64,000 nt of DNA. It comes from an uncultured Candidatus Saccharibacteria bacterium. Lineage in GTDB: Bacteria > Patescibacteriota > Minisyncoccia > GWC2-36-17 > WO2-46-25. The notes under the pieces were generated by a model. That model did not search any database. It was not told the DNA's origin and was given only the letters and a program-made list of their open reading frames with translations. Where the stretch lies: NCBI GenBank assembly GCA_964359755.1, contig CAYHUB010000001.1:39797-103796 (forward strand), given 5' to 3'. The translations under genes and the position numbers were made by a program. Positions 36,842 to 47,208 of this stretch are shown piece after piece (positions within the stretch are counted from its first letter, which is position 1; every line of letters starts with the position of its first letter).

Positions 36842-38566
36842 TTACTTCAGAGGAATTCCCGTGCCGCCGCGGGCAAAGATATATGCCGGCGTCGTATTTG
36901 CGCGGGAAAGCTTTTCCCACCACGGATATGCTCTGCGCATATGCCGTTCCATCGCGAGAAAGATCTGGCGCACTTCGTGGTTCACGGAGAATTTGCTCCG
37001 TTGCCAGTTGCAAAATTCGATTTCAAGCATATTTGAAGCAAGCAGGAAGCCGATCATATTGCCCAATGAAAGCGGATATTGCATGAGCTCATCCGGAACG
37101 CCCTTTTCCTTCATTTCCGTATACAGCGCGAGGTTCGCGGCATGTATCTTTTCAAATGCTTCCGTAAGCGCGGCAGGCGCTTGCTTGTCGTAGCGGTAAA
37201 ATCCAAGCAGGGGAGTGACATACGTACGCAGATGCGTGCAGAATCCCTGCCGCTGGACGTCGCGCCATCCGCGGAATGTTATCATTCCGGCAAATGAGGC
37301 GCTTGCGAGCTCAAATTCGTTCGGGAGCTTGTCGTATTCTCCTCTCGGCGTTTCAAGGAGTTTGCCGACAACATCCGCAAACGCTATACAGTGTTCGTAC
37401 CCGATCTTTCGTGAGAATGCGCGATAGATCGTTTCTTCAGCTATTGCCGGGCTGTCCATAACCACGACCGCGTCAATTTCTGCTAATGCGTCATTTCCTG
37501 CAAACGGGGCGGTCGAAAGATATTTCCATGATTCCTGCTTCCATGCGCTCGCCTCGGTGTGGCGGATGAATTGGTCAACGCCTGTTTTTTTTGCCTCGAC
37601 GAGAATCTCGTCCACCAGCGCGATATTTTCCGGCGTGTTGTCGAGTATGAGGTGCCGGATAAGCTCCTGGAGCCCTTCGCCCGATACATTCACGCCGACG
37701 GAAGTTTGGGTACCGCAAGGCAAGAAATTACCCAGCACGTCGCACGTTTCGCCGATCACGCCGCTTTCAAGGTCTTTCTCGTTTCCCGCAAACAATGCGC
37801 CGTACTGTTTCCGTAGAAACTGCGGGAACGGACCGGTGAATTTTTCGCCTTCAAGGTCGGTGTAGAACGAAAACGCTCCGTCCATGACATCCTGCACTTT
37901 TTTCTCGTCTACGCCGTACGTGGCAAGCTCCTTGTGTATCGGGTAGTAGCCGCGCTTGCTCATATCAACGTAGCGGGTAGAAAGCTCGATATAGCCGGCG
38001 CCGGGACGGCCCCATTCGAGCGATTTTGCCGCAAGCGCGGAGATCTGTTCAAAGCATATCCATATCGCGCCCATACGCGCGATGGAGTTGTGGCCGTACG
38101 CGTCGAGCCAGCGCTTCATGAACCGCATGATCTTTTCCGCGTGCGTGAGCTCCTCAAGGAATTTCGTGTCCACGCGCACCGCATCGCGAAATGCTTCCCA
38201 TGCTTTTTTTGTTTCTGACGAGTGCGCGACGAACGCGTCGAACGATGTGATGTTGTGATGCTTGAGAAATTGCATACCATCGCCGCCAAACTTCTCTGCG
38301 GTTTCTTTCAGCATGCTTGCGAGCATCTCCGGCATGAAGTTGTCCGCGAATATACCGCGCAAACCCCGCGGATTTTTCATGCGCGAGAACATGGACAACA
38401 GCGCCGTTCCGATGCTTTGCGGAAGCGTGTGCATCAGATACACTTTTTTTTCCGTGTTTGTGAAAAACGGAGCAAGCAATTCCTGCTCGAGTTTCGTGAA
38501 CGAATAGACCGGTGTTGCAACGAACGATCGTGCGTGTGCGAGTGCTGATTTTGGGTACGTATGCAT
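36842..38566 (-). CDS. tandem-duplicated ThyX-like (flavin-dependent thymidylate synthase fold) protein, 574 aa, with degenerate RHR motifs
   Basis: The C-terminal half aligns by eye to ThyX: GVPDE...PLSLGN...NMLEIEFCNWQRSKFSVNHEVRQI...AYPW versus ThyX GVPRE..LPLNL...NFLNLRADSHAQWEIQQ...CPW. The N-terminal half carries YIELSTRYV (ThyX YNELSGRY) and LPCGTQT...IRH. The canonical R-H-R is replaced in both halves. AGGAGG SD 7 nt upstream. Confidence 0.65.
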   Translation of the reverse strand: MHTYPKSALAHARSFVATPVYSFTKLEQELLAPFFTNTEKKVYLMHTLPQSIGTALLSMFSRMKNPRGLRGIFADNFMPEMLASMLKETAEKFGGDGMQFLKHHNITSFDAFVAHSSETKKAWEAFRDAVRVDTKFLEELTHAEKIMRFMKRWLDAYGHNSIARMGAIWICFEQISALAAKSLEWGRPGAGYIELSTRYVDMSKRGYYPIHKELATYGVDEKKVQDVMDGAFSFYTDLEGEKFTGPFPQFLRKQYGALFAGNEKDLESGVIGETCDVLGNFLPCGTQTSVGVNVSGEGLQELIRHLILDNTPENIALVDEILVEAKKTGVDQFIRHTEASAWKQESWKYLSTAPFAGNDALAEIDAVVVMDSPAIAEETIYRAFSRKIGYEHCIAFADVVGKLLETPRGEYDKLPNEFELASASFAGMITFRGWRDVQRQGFCTHLRTYVTPLLGFYRYDKQAPAALTEAFEKIHAANLALYTEMKEKGVPDELMQYPLSLGNMIGFLLASNMLEIEFCNWQRSKFSVNHEVRQIFLAMERHMRRAYPWWEKLSRANTTPAYIFARGGTGIPLK

Positions 38567-38655
38567 AGATTCCTCCTGTTAAGGTTATAGTTTATTGGTA
38601 AAGTGCACGGTGTGCATGATTTGTATCATAGCGCTGGAAAGGATGCAAATCATCA

Positions 38656-39444
38656 TCACTGTGCGGCGATAACACAATTGGTAAATAAATGAATAACGGT
38701 CAATGGGCCGATACCGCCGGGAACCGGGGTAAGGATCGCCGCGCGTGAGCGTACCTTCGCACCATGCACATCGCCGACGATCGTTCCTTTATAAATGCTC
38801 GCCCCCGCATCAATGACGCGCGCGCCCTTTTTCACTGTGGTAATAAGATTTGCTTTACCGACACCGGACACGATGATATCAGCATCTTTGGTGAGCGCGG
38901 AAATATTTTTTGTCGTGTGATTGGCGACGACGATATTATTAAACCCGCGCGCGCGTAAGAACGCATGAAGTGGTTTGCCGATAACACGGCCATAGCCGAT
39001 GATCGCGATGCGGTCAGATGTTTTCGGCGCACCGGCATAGGAAAGCATCTCCCAGATAGCGGCAACCGCAGGAGCGACGAATGGCGAGTTCCCGCGCAAA
39101 TTATCAACGTCTTTCTTTGCGGCAATCGCGGCAAGAACACGATCGGTATCTGTGCGCTTTGGTAGGGGAAGCTGCACGATAATGCCATGAACCGCGGTGT
39201 TCGCATTTAGTTTTTTAACCTGCGTGATGATGTAGTCGGTTGTTGTATTTTCGGGAAGGTGTAACAAAAAAAAGCCGCACCCAAGTTGTATTGCCATGCG
39301 TTCCTTTTGGCGCACATACGAAAGCGAAGCGGGGTCGTTTCCCACAAGCACCACCGCAAGCGCCGGCGGCGTTTTCATGCCGCGCACTTTTTTTGCGATA
39401 GCCCGTTCGTGTTTTTTTACAAATGGCGCGCTTGAAAGTATCAT
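38656..39444 (-). CDS. folD: bifunctional 5,10-methylene-tetrahydrofolate dehydrogenase / cyclohydrolase
   Basis: [18 protein letters not shown] and GIIVQLPLP blocks. 262 aa. Confidence 0.88.
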   Translation of the reverse strand: MILSSAPFVKKHERAIAKKVRGMKTPPALAVVLVGNDPASLSYVRQKERMAIQLGCGFFLLHLPENTTTDYIITQVKKLNANTAVHGIIVQLPLPKRTDTDRVLAAIAAKKDVDNLRGNSPFVAPAVAAIWEMLSYAGAPKTSDRIAIIGYGRVIGKPLHAFLRARGFNNIVVANHTTKNISALTKDADIIVSGVGKANLITTVKKGARVIDAGASIYKGTIVGDVHGAKVRSRAAILTPVPGGIGPLTVIHLFTNCVIAAQ

Positions 39445-40667
39445 CGTGACGTAAGTTCGCGTACTGCGCTTTTTGTTTTTTCTTTTTGTTCGTCGGTCGG
39501 GTTTTTGAGCGTATCTGCGATGAGCTTGCCGATAACTTTCATTTCCGCTTCTTTCATGCCTCGCGCGGTGAGCGCCGGCGTGCCAAGACGGATACCCGAC
39601 GGGTCTGCGGGTTTGCGCGTGTCAAACGGGATCATATTGAAATTTGCGTAGATATCGCACTCGGCAAGCGCGTCCGCGCCTTGCTTGCCTGAAATACCAA
39701 GCCCTGTGCAATCAATGATCATTAAATGCGTATCGGTGCCGCCTGATACGAGGCGCAACCCTTCGCTCATCAGCGCTTCTGCGAGCACTTTTGCATTTTT
39801 TACGATCTGTTGTTGATATTTTTTATACTCGTCCGTCATCGCTTCTTTAAAACATACCGCTTTTGCCGCGATAATGTGCTCAAGCGGACCGCCCTGCATG
39901 CCGGGGAACACCGTTTTGTCGATCTGTTTTGCAAATTGCTCTTTGCATAAAATAATGGCACTACGAGGACCGCGCAGTGTTTTGGTGGTTGTGGTCATGA
40001 CGACATCATGCGTTGGCACAGGACTTTCGTGCACACCCCCGACGACAAGCCCTGCGATGTGCGACATATCCGCCATCGCGTATGCCCCGACCTCTCGCGC
40101 AATTTCAGCGAAGCGCGAAAAGGGGACTGCTCGAGGATATGCGGTGAAGCCCGAAACAATAAGTTTCGGCTTTACTTCCCGCGCAAGCGCCGCAACTTTA
40201 TCCATATCCAATACTTCCGTGTCTTGCTCAACGCCGTAATGTACAAAGTTAAACAGTTTTCCCGAAAGCGACACGGGGTGGCCGTGCGTGAGATGACCGC
40301 CATGCGAAAGGTTCATCGCTAAAATAGTATCGCCCGGTTCAAGGAGCGCGAAATAACACGCGAGATTCGCCTGCGAGCCGGCGTGCGGCTGGACATTCGC
40401 GTGTTCCGCACCGAATAACGCTTTTGCGCGGTCAATGGCAAGCTGTTCTATCTGGTCGATATACTGAGCTCCCGTGTAGTAGCGTTTGCCCGGATACCCT
40501 TCGGCGTATTTATTGGTGAGTACCGTCCCTGCGGCCTCAAGTACCGCGTCAGATGCGATGTTTTCAGATGCGATCATTAAAAGCCCTTCCTGCTGGCGCT
40601 TTTCTTCCTGCGCGATAAGCGCATCGAGTTCGGGGTCAACCTGTGGCAGATGATGTCGTGGGATCAT
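39441..40667 (-). CDS. glyA: serine hydroxymethyltransferase
   Basis: LIASENIAS...[14 protein letters not shown] and PLP-lysine region. Start moved to the internal Met ([14 protein letters not shown]); the ORF-track start at 40745 overlaps the upstream gene. Confidence 0.9.
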   Translation of the reverse strand: MIPRHHLPQVDPELDALIAQEEKRQQEGLLMIASENIASDAVLEAAGTVLTNKYAEGYPGKRYYTGAQYIDQIEQLAIDRAKALFGAEHANVQPHAGSQANLACYFALLEPGDTILAMNLSHGGHLTHGHPVSLSGKLFNFVHYGVEQDTEVLDMDKVAALAREVKPKLIVSGFTAYPRAVPFSRFAEIAREVGAYAMADMSHIAGLVVGGVHESPVPTHDVVMTTTTKTLRGPRSAIILCKEQFAKQIDKTVFPGMQGGPLEHIIAAKAVCFKEAMTDEYKKYQQQIVKNAKVLAEALMSEGLRLVSGGTDTHLMIIDCTGLGISGKQGADALAECDIYANFNMIPFDTRKPADPSGIRLGTPALTARGMKEAEMKVIGKLIADTLKNPTDEQKEKTKSAVRELTSR

Positions 40668-40738
40668 TGTGTATATAGTACGACAGAGCGCCTCTACAGT
40701 GCAAATTCTGTATAAGCATCGCGGGGCAGGAACGATCT

Positions 40739-42763
40739 TTACCACAAAAATACTTCCAATTTCACTTCAGCATCATACGTATCGCTACTTTCAGCTCCGG
40801 AATATGCTTCGGTTATTTTTGATCCTATAAATATCAATTTCCATTTCGGGCCGCCTCGATAACCAACCTCCGCGCTGATCTTTTCAGACGAGGGAATAAA
40901 TCTTTCGTATTCTGATGTTGCTTTTTCATAGCCCAATTCACCCTTCCATTTCTCGCTGGCAACGCCACCTTTAATTTTAATTTTTTTACCCCAATCAAGC
41001 TCGCTCCCCGCCGCTTCTAAATTTAAAACTTGCACCTCATTGACCTTTACTCCTGTTCCAACGGTGAATGTTTTTGCCACCTCTTTTATTATTGGATCCT
41101 GGTTCTGGAAATCATTTTTTTGTTCGCGAAACATTTCCTGTGCACCGATATAAAATTTCCCGGTTTCGGAAGGATTGATATATATCAACCTCATTCCCGC
41201 CCCAGCTTCACTCATGTTACTCATAGTTCCAATTCCTATTTCTTCATCAAGCGGCAAACTCAAAGCTCCCTGAAAAGTCGCGCCAAAATTCAATATAAAT
41301 TTCCCGTAATCTTCTTTGGTAAATGCATGACTGTCTATGTAATCTGCCGCCAAGCGGGTGATAATTTCATCTTGCGCAACATTGCCTCCATATAAATCTT
41401 TTATGTTCATATGCACTACGGTCGCATCTGCCTCAAATCCAAGCCTCTCGCTTTTTACATTCAATCTCCCCCGTAAGGCGTTCAAATCTTCTAATGATTG
41501 ATATGGATTATTGTTAAAATCCTGAAAATTAAAATATGCCACGGCAAAAGTATCTTTGTTTAATTTGATTTCTTTGACTTCCGGGCTTACGTTGATCTCA
41601 AGTCCTCTTTCTTTTTTAAGCTCACCGCTTGAAAGTTCTCCTTCCAGTCTTTCCGCTGTTTCTTCAATTCCCGCCGCTTTTTCAACTACCTCCTGCGCGC
41701 GACTTTTCACTGGAAATAGCACTTCTTTTTCATTACTAACGAAGGAATGAAATGTCGCTACTGACCTATGGTATCGCTCTGCAACACCAAGAGCCTCCGG
41801 ATATTTCTCTGTGTCAGTTAGTATTAAGGTCCCATAATCACTAAAACCTATTTTCCTTTTCCCGTTAATATCCAGAGCAAATCCAGACCAAACATGTCCG
41901 CCCTGCTCGGTAGAGCCGTTTTGTAGCCATGCTTCCAATCCAAGACTTTTGGCTATTTTTGTCAAAAAAGTATGAATATTGCCGCAGATGCCAGTTCTGG
42001 TGATTTTTCCTGTCATTAATAACTCTCTGAGCGCAGAAAACATTGCGTCATCAGAAATTTCGATATGTTGATTTTTCTCAAGCATATCGAAGTTATAGGT
42101 TCGTCCAAGTGCATTCCCTATATATTGTAAAACTAGGGTTTTTTGATCATCGCTTAATTTATTCTTTTCACCGGATAATGCAGTAAAAAACTCCTTGGAA
42201 TTATTTGATTGAAATATAGAATTCAATTCCGTATCTATCGCACTGTCAAATTCTTGGTGTGAAAGATCTTTATAAAAATCAGAGCCGATCATGGTATTGT
42301 AACCATTAGCCTGTATTGCTTCCGGCCTTCCTTTTGGTATTTTCTCAAATTCACCACTAACAGAGATCTCTATCTTGTCGGCGAACTTCTCCCAATCAAA
42401 CGGCGCAAACTCGTCTTTTTTGTCGGAAGCGATCATTTTTTCAAATAACTCCTGCGGGGATAGCTTTTCTATTGTTGTTTCTTCTATCTGGTTTTCCGGA
42501 GACAATTTCCCCTTGTTTATTTCCTCCTTCTTAAGTCCCTCGGCAAAAGTAGATGCTGCGCTCGTAACTATCGAAAGCGCCGCGAGGCAAGCGACGGCCT
42601 CCTTTTTAAATTTCTCCGGCACTAATTTCATTAAAAAACCCTCGGTTTCTTTTTGGATGACCGATTCCTTTTCGTTAAAATCTTCAAAGATCGCCTCTTT
42701 TTCTTCCGGCGAAGTCTCTTCTTCGAGATATTCCTTTTCGAGTTCGAAATTATTTTCAGACAT
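40739..42763 (-). CDS. large envelope protein with a transglutaminase-like Cys-His-Asp core (DUF3857/TGase/DUF3858-like architecture), in an AT-rich island
   Basis: Acidic N-terminus then TM helix ([19 protein letters not shown]). TGase-like core G-I-C-G-N...GGHVWSGF...D. Beta-rich C-terminus ending in F-L-W. Local GC about 38-42%, against about 52% in the flanks. Confidence 0.6.
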   Translation of the reverse strand: MSENNFELEKEYLEEETSPEEKEAIFEDFNEKESVIQKETEGFLMKLVPEKFKKEAVACLAALSIVTSAASTFAEGLKKEEINKGKLSPENQIEETTIEKLSPQELFEKMIASDKKDEFAPFDWEKFADKIEISVSGEFEKIPKGRPEAIQANGYNTMIGSDFYKDLSHQEFDSAIDTELNSIFQSNNSKEFFTALSGEKNKLSDDQKTLVLQYIGNALGRTYNFDMLEKNQHIEISDDAMFSALRELLMTGKITRTGICGNIHTFLTKIAKSLGLEAWLQNGSTEQGGHVWSGFALDINGKRKIGFSDYGTLILTDTEKYPEALGVAERYHRSVATFHSFVSNEKEVLFPVKSRAQEVVEKAAGIEETAERLEGELSSGELKKERGLEINVSPEVKEIKLNKDTFAVAYFNFQDFNNNPYQSLEDLNALRGRLNVKSERLGFEADATVVHMNIKDLYGGNVAQDEIITRLAADYIDSHAFTKEDYGKFILNFGATFQGALSLPLDEEIGIGTMSNMSEAGAGMRLIYINPSETGKFYIGAQEMFREQKNDFQNQDPIIKEVAKTFTVGTGVKVNEVQVLNLEAAGSELDWGKKIKIKGGVASEKWKGELGYEKATSEYERFIPSSEKISAEVGYRGGPKWKLIFIGSKITEAYSGAESSDTYDAEVKLEVFLW

Positions 42764-42770
42764 AGTAGTA

Positions 42771-43046
42771 TTATTCTATTTCCTTCATCAGACCATGTAT
42801 CTCCTTGTGTTCCAGATCCAAAATTTCTTCCGCCAAATCTTTTGTCGGGTTTTTTGCAAATTCAATCTTCTTTTTGAGCAAATTCACAAATAGACCGATC
42901 TTATCCGGAAATCCCAAAAAAATCCCCATCAACTGCTGTCTTTTTTGAAAAGAAAAAGAACTCAAAAAATCACGGACCAATTGCTGGTTTTCGCTTGATA
43001 TGCCCGGGCTATCTATAACATTTTTTAATTCGCTCCAGTCTTTCAT
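42771..43046 (-). CDS. hypothetical 91-aa protein, co-oriented 8 bp upstream of the TGase-like gene
   Basis: ORF in the same AT-rich block, probably co-transcribed. Confidence 0.4.
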   Translation of the reverse strand: MKDWSELKNVIDSPGISSENQQLVRDFLSSFSFQKRQQLMGIFLGFPDKIGLFVNLLKKKIEFAKNPTKDLAEEILDLEHKEIHGLMKEIE

Positions 43047-43092
43047 ATGTTTAAAATGCTACCACGCGCGTTTACACAGCGCAAATTCTGCG

Positions 43093-44376
43093 TTATTTCA
43101 GAAATTCTTTACTTCGTACCTTTCGATGATATGAAACAGCAAACCGATGCGCTTCGTCGCGGACACGCTGGATGAATAATGCACACTCATTTCCCAACCG
43201 CGAAGAAGGGAGCGGGCGCGCAGACGACGGGGTATATATTTCTTCCTCTCGTTTTGCGATCGCAAACACAAGCTGGTTGGCGGGGAGCACAGCGCGCGCC
43301 GCGGAAAGCTGTCCTTTGCCGCCATCGATAATAATGAGGTCCGGCTTTTGCCATTCCGCATGCTTCATACGGCGGCTCATAATCTCATGCATCATTTTCG
43401 GGTCATTGGGTTCGTCTCCGGAATATCTGATTTTGAACCTGCGATATTCGTTTTTGTTCGGCGCGCCGTTTTTAAATACAACCATCGAGCCGACCGCATG
43501 CTTTCCGCCGATGTTTGAAATGTCATATCCTTCAACGCGGCTGATCAGGCGCGAGGTGGCGAGAAACTTCTGAAGAGACCCCTGTATTTTTTTCCATTCC
43601 GCGGTATCAGACTCGGTGCGCAGGGCAAATCGCTCGAGTGCCGGGCGATGCGCGAATATTTTTTGCAGATAAATAATTTTGCGTTTGAGTTCCTCCGCAT
43701 CTTGAAATCGCTCTTCTATAGCGGCGCGTTTCATGTCTTTTTCCAGTTTCCTCATGATCTGTTGGCGCTTACCGCTTAAGATGCGCGCGATCGCCTGAAT
43801 ATTTTTTTTTGTTTGCGCACGCGCCGAGGGGTACGCGCACGCGCCGAGGCATTTCCCGAGGTGATAATCAAAGCACGGTTTTTGCGACGGTCGCGCGGTG
43901 CAGTACGGGTAGATACGGCGCATATTTCGCAATGTTTGTTTGAGCGCCGCGCCGTCGGTAAATGGTCCGATGACCTTCAGGTCGCGCTGAAGCAGGGTAA
44001 GTTTTTTATCTCGTTCCGGCTGATGGGTGATGAATATGCGCGGATATTCTTTTTCAGCGGTGATGCAAGTGTAGTGATAGCTTTTGTCGTCGCGAAAGAC
44101 AACGTTGAATTTCGGGCGATATGCTTTAATGTAGTGCGCCTCCTCAATGAGCGCGTCGATCGCGGATACGCATACCTTCCATTCTATGTGCGCGATCTCT
44201 TTGTGCAGCGCGGCGAGCTTGGGGGATCGTTCTGTAGTGCGCGCAAAATACTGGCGTACTCTGTTTTTGAGAACGCTTGCCTTGCCGACGTAGATCACCT
44301 CATCCTTTTTATTTTTGAAAAAGTAAATGCCGGGCGCTGGGGGAAGCTTTTGCAGTTGGCGCGCGATTGTTTCCAT
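43093..44376 (-). CDS. uvrC: excinuclease ABC subunit C, short form (GIY-YIG, UvrBC-interaction and RNase-H-like domains; no C-terminal HhH)
   Basis: PGIYFFKNKKDEVIYVGKA...LKNRVRQYF GIY-YIG signature. C-terminal DEAHRFAVSYHR. Confidence 0.75.
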   Translation of the reverse strand: METIARQLQKLPPAPGIYFFKNKKDEVIYVGKASVLKNRVRQYFARTTERSPKLAALHKEIAHIEWKVCVSAIDALIEEAHYIKAYRPKFNVVFRDDKSYHYTCITAEKEYPRIFITHQPERDKKLTLLQRDLKVIGPFTDGAALKQTLRNMRRIYPYCTARPSQKPCFDYHLGKCLGACAYPSARAQTKKNIQAIARILSGKRQQIMRKLEKDMKRAAIEERFQDAEELKRKIIYLQKIFAHRPALERFALRTESDTAEWKKIQGSLQKFLATSRLISRVEGYDISNIGGKHAVGSMVVFKNGAPNKNEYRRFKIRYSGDEPNDPKMMHEIMSRRMKHAEWQKPDLIIIDGGKGQLSAARAVLPANQLVFAIAKREEEIYTPSSARPLPSSRLGNECALFIQRVRDEAHRFAVSYHRKVRSKEFLK

Positions 44377-45734
44377 TGTGCCGTAAAAAGTTTATAATAA
44401 GGAACGTGGAACCACTTATTAAAATTGAGGACCTTTCGCTCGTATACGATAAAGGGAAGCCGAATGAAACGAAAGCGCTTGCCGACATCAATGCCGAGAT
44501 CTATCCGAGCGAATTCATTATCTTTTACGGGCCGTCAGGATGCGGAAAATCAACACTCTTGTATGTTATCGCCGCGATGCAGAAACCGACCGAAGGGAGA
44601 GTATTGGTTGAGGGTTTACCTATCAGCCAGATGAAGGATGTTGAGGTCACGAAATACCGGCAAAACAGCATCGGTATGGTGTTTCAGCAATATAATCTTA
44701 TACCATCTTTAAGCGTTATCGACAATGTTGCTATTCCGCAGACATTCAAAAGCGTTTCACGTTCCGAGCGATCCGAAAAGGCTCAAAAACTGCTTGATCG
44801 GTTCGGTATCGGCGCATTTTCAAAACGTTTAACCACCGAGCTTTCCGGCGGTCAGCAGCAGCGTGTTTCGATCGCGCGCTCGCTTATCAACGACACGCCG
44901 ATCATCCTTGCGGACGAGCCGACCGGTAACCTCGATTCGAAATCGTCGCAAAACGTGCTCGACATTCTTCAGGAGTTGAATGAAAAAGACAAGAAGGCGG
45001 TTATTTTGGTGACGCACGACCCAAACCAGCTGCAATATGCGCATCGCGTCTTTCATATGAAAGACGGAAAGCTCATCCGGCAAACGATAAATCCGCAGCG
45101 GCCCCAGCGCATTGATTCGCAGACAAGAGAAAAAATTACAAAATCATTCTCCGACGTGTCGTCGGCGATCGTGGACATTCTTTCCGTGTATCCCGAGCTG
45201 ACCGAATCGCGCCTGAAATCAAAAGCGATCGTGAATTATCTCATGTCCGAATTCGACACGACGCAGATCGACCGGCTTGAACGGCTCGTGGAGGATCGTA
45301 TTCTCGGGAAGATCAGCAAGGATGATTTCCACGGTATGCTTGATGATCCGATGGAACAAGGAGGCGCGGGCCTTAATTATCAGACAGCAAAGAAAATCGG
45401 CGATTCCATAGAGGTGTTGCTTGCGGAAACCGATACCATACAAAAAGACATCGAAATGATCGACAAAACCCCGACGGCGAGTGATGATGCGGTGCGGGAG
45501 ATCCGCGGACAACTGTCAGATGCGCTTGCATCACCCTTATCGGAAGAACAGCTGACGCGGCTGTCCGACCTTATCAAGCGGCATGTCGTCGGTGCGGTGG
45601 ATAAGACGGGCTTTCTCAAAGAGCTTGATATGAGTTTCAGCCACGGAGGCGTGGGGTTGCGCAAAGAGATCGCGGAAGACATGACGCGAAGAATGGAAAT
45701 GTTGCTTATCAAATTTAAGGATTTCACCGAATAA
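44367..45734 (+). CDS. ABC transporter ATP-binding protein (MacB/LolD/FtsE-like) with an about 220-aa alpha-helical C-terminal extension
   Basis: Walker A GPSGCGKST, signature LSGGQQQRVSIAR, Walker B ILADEPTGNLD. The extra C-terminal domain is of unknown function. Confidence 0.85.
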   Translation: MFPLCRKKFIIRNVEPLIKIEDLSLVYDKGKPNETKALADINAEIYPSEFIIFYGPSGCGKSTLLYVIAAMQKPTEGRVLVEGLPISQMKDVEVTKYRQNSIGMVFQQYNLIPSLSVIDNVAIPQTFKSVSRSERSEKAQKLLDRFGIGAFSKRLTTELSGGQQQRVSIARSLINDTPIILADEPTGNLDSKSSQNVLDILQELNEKDKKAVILVTHDPNQLQYAHRVFHMKDGKLIRQTINPQRPQRIDSQTREKITKSFSDVSSAIVDILSVYPELTESRLKSKAIVNYLMSEFDTTQIDRLERLVEDRILGKISKDDFHGMLDDPMEQGGAGLNYQTAKKIGDSIEVLLAETDTIQKDIEMIDKTPTASDDAVREIRGQLSDALASPLSEEQLTRLSDLIKRHVVGAVDKTGFLKELDMSFSHGGVGLRKEIAEDMTRRMEMLLIKFKDFTE

Positions 45735-45741
45735 AGAATTT

Positions 45742-46941
45742 ATGCGTATTCCCGATATTTTTCAGCTGTCAACCAGAATGTTTCGCTCGCGCCTCATGCG
45801 TACGTTTTTGACGATCCTCGGCATCGGCATCGGTATTGGTGCGATCATGTTCTTGGTGTCGCTCGGATACGGGCTCCAGCGCGCTCTTATTTCACAGATT
45901 ACCAGCTCTGATTCGCTGTTGTCGCTTGACGTGGTACAGGGGGAAAAAGCGGCGCTCGTACTTGATACCTCGGTAATCGATACGATCAGGGCATTCCCTG
46001 AAGTAAAAGATATTGAACCATTAGTAAGTTTAAAAGGGCAGGTGATCTATGAAAACACCACCGCCGACATCATTGCGAGCATCACAACGGCAAACTTTCT
46101 CAAATTTTCCAATCTGAAAGTGGTGGACGGAGCTATGTTCGATCAGAACAAAAACGAGATCCTTATCTCAAAAGCGGTGGCGCGCGTACTTAATATTGAA
46201 GATACAAAAACGATCATAGGAAAGGAGGTTAATATTTCCTTTCTTGCGACCACGCTTACCGATGGAGCATATGAACAGCTCGACATGATAGCCCAACCGG
46301 GAAAATTCATCGTTGCCGGCGTGGTGGGCGATGAGTCGTCGTCATTCATTTTTTTCCCGCTGAGCAAGGTAAGCGGGATTACGCTCGACGCGTATTCGCA
46401 GGCGAAGGTCAGGGTCACCGGGACGGAAACACTTGATGTTGTGCGGAATAAAATCCTCGATATGGGGTTTTCGGTCGCGGCGCTTTCTGATGTGATCGAT
46501 CAGGCAAATAAGATTTTCAACGTTCTTCAGATAATTCTTGCGATCTTCGGCATTGTGGCATTGGTCGTATCGGCGATCGGAATGTTTAATACCATGACCA
46601 TTGCACTCATGGAACGCACGCAGGAGGTCGGCATCATGAAAGCGCTCGGCGCATCACAAAAAGATATCATGTACATGTTCATCACCGAATCGGTGATTAT
46701 GGGCTTTTTGGGAGGAGTGGTAGGACTTATAATTGGATTTCTGGGAGGCGAGGCATTCAACTATTTTCTTAATTTTCTCGCGAAGCGCGCCGGCGGGAAC
46801 ACCATAGATATTTTTTATACGCCTTTGTGGTTTGTGGTCACTATCGCAGTGTTTTCGACATTTGTCGGTTTTATTACCGGTCTGTGGCCTGCACGGCGTG
46901 CGGCGAAGCTCAATCCGCTTGAAGCGGTGAAGTATAAGTAA
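45742..46941 (+). CDS. ABC transporter permease, FtsX/MacB-like (4 TM helices plus a large extracytoplasmic domain)
   Basis: N-terminal TM, about 200-aa periplasmic-type domain, C-terminal FtsX-like 3-TM bundle (MKALGASQKDIMYMFITES). Confidence 0.8.
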   Translation: MRIPDIFQLSTRMFRSRLMRTFLTILGIGIGIGAIMFLVSLGYGLQRALISQITSSDSLLSLDVVQGEKAALVLDTSVIDTIRAFPEVKDIEPLVSLKGQVIYENTTADIIASITTANFLKFSNLKVVDGAMFDQNKNEILISKAVARVLNIEDTKTIIGKEVNISFLATTLTDGAYEQLDMIAQPGKFIVAGVVGDESSSFIFFPLSKVSGITLDAYSQAKVRVTGTETLDVVRNKILDMGFSVAALSDVIDQANKIFNVLQIILAIFGIVALVVSAIGMFNTMTIALMERTQEVGIMKALGASQKDIMYMFITESVIMGFLGGVVGLIIGFLGGEAFNYFLNFLAKRAGGNTIDIFYTPLWFVVTIAVFSTFVGFITGLWPARRAAKLNPLEAVKYK

Positions 46942-47007
46942 CAGCCGGGTGTTGTTTTTAGCGGAAGCCGTGGTATACTGACAAAAAATAAGAGGGGGAG
47001 GTGTGAT

Positions 47008-47208
47008 ATGGCAAAAATAGAGCTCATTGAAAATACCTGCACAATACGCAAGATGACTTTAGAGTCAAAGGAAGCATGTTTGCTTGACAACTGCGCACGC
47101 GAGCAAGCGTGTCCTGGCAAGAACAATCGCCGTGACAACGATTTCATCTGCAATTTGCAGGAATTACTGTCACTCTACAAGAGAGCGGCAGAGAGAAACA
47201 AAGAATAA
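47008..47208 (+). CDS. small Cys-rich protein, 66 aa (Cys at 11, 24, 28, 34, 47), unknown function
   Basis: Strong SD AGGGGGAGGTG 6 nt before the ATG. Own weak hairpin and T-run terminator. Confidence 0.55.
   Translation: MAKIELIENTCTIRKMTLESKEACLLDNCAREQACPGKNNRRDNDFICNLQELLSLYKRAAERNKE

Noticed and set aside
40668-40745. ORF-track N-terminal 26 codons of glyA
   Set aside because: They overlap the end of the upstream gene and are not part of the conserved GlyA N-terminus, so the start was moved to the internal Met ([14 protein letters not shown]).
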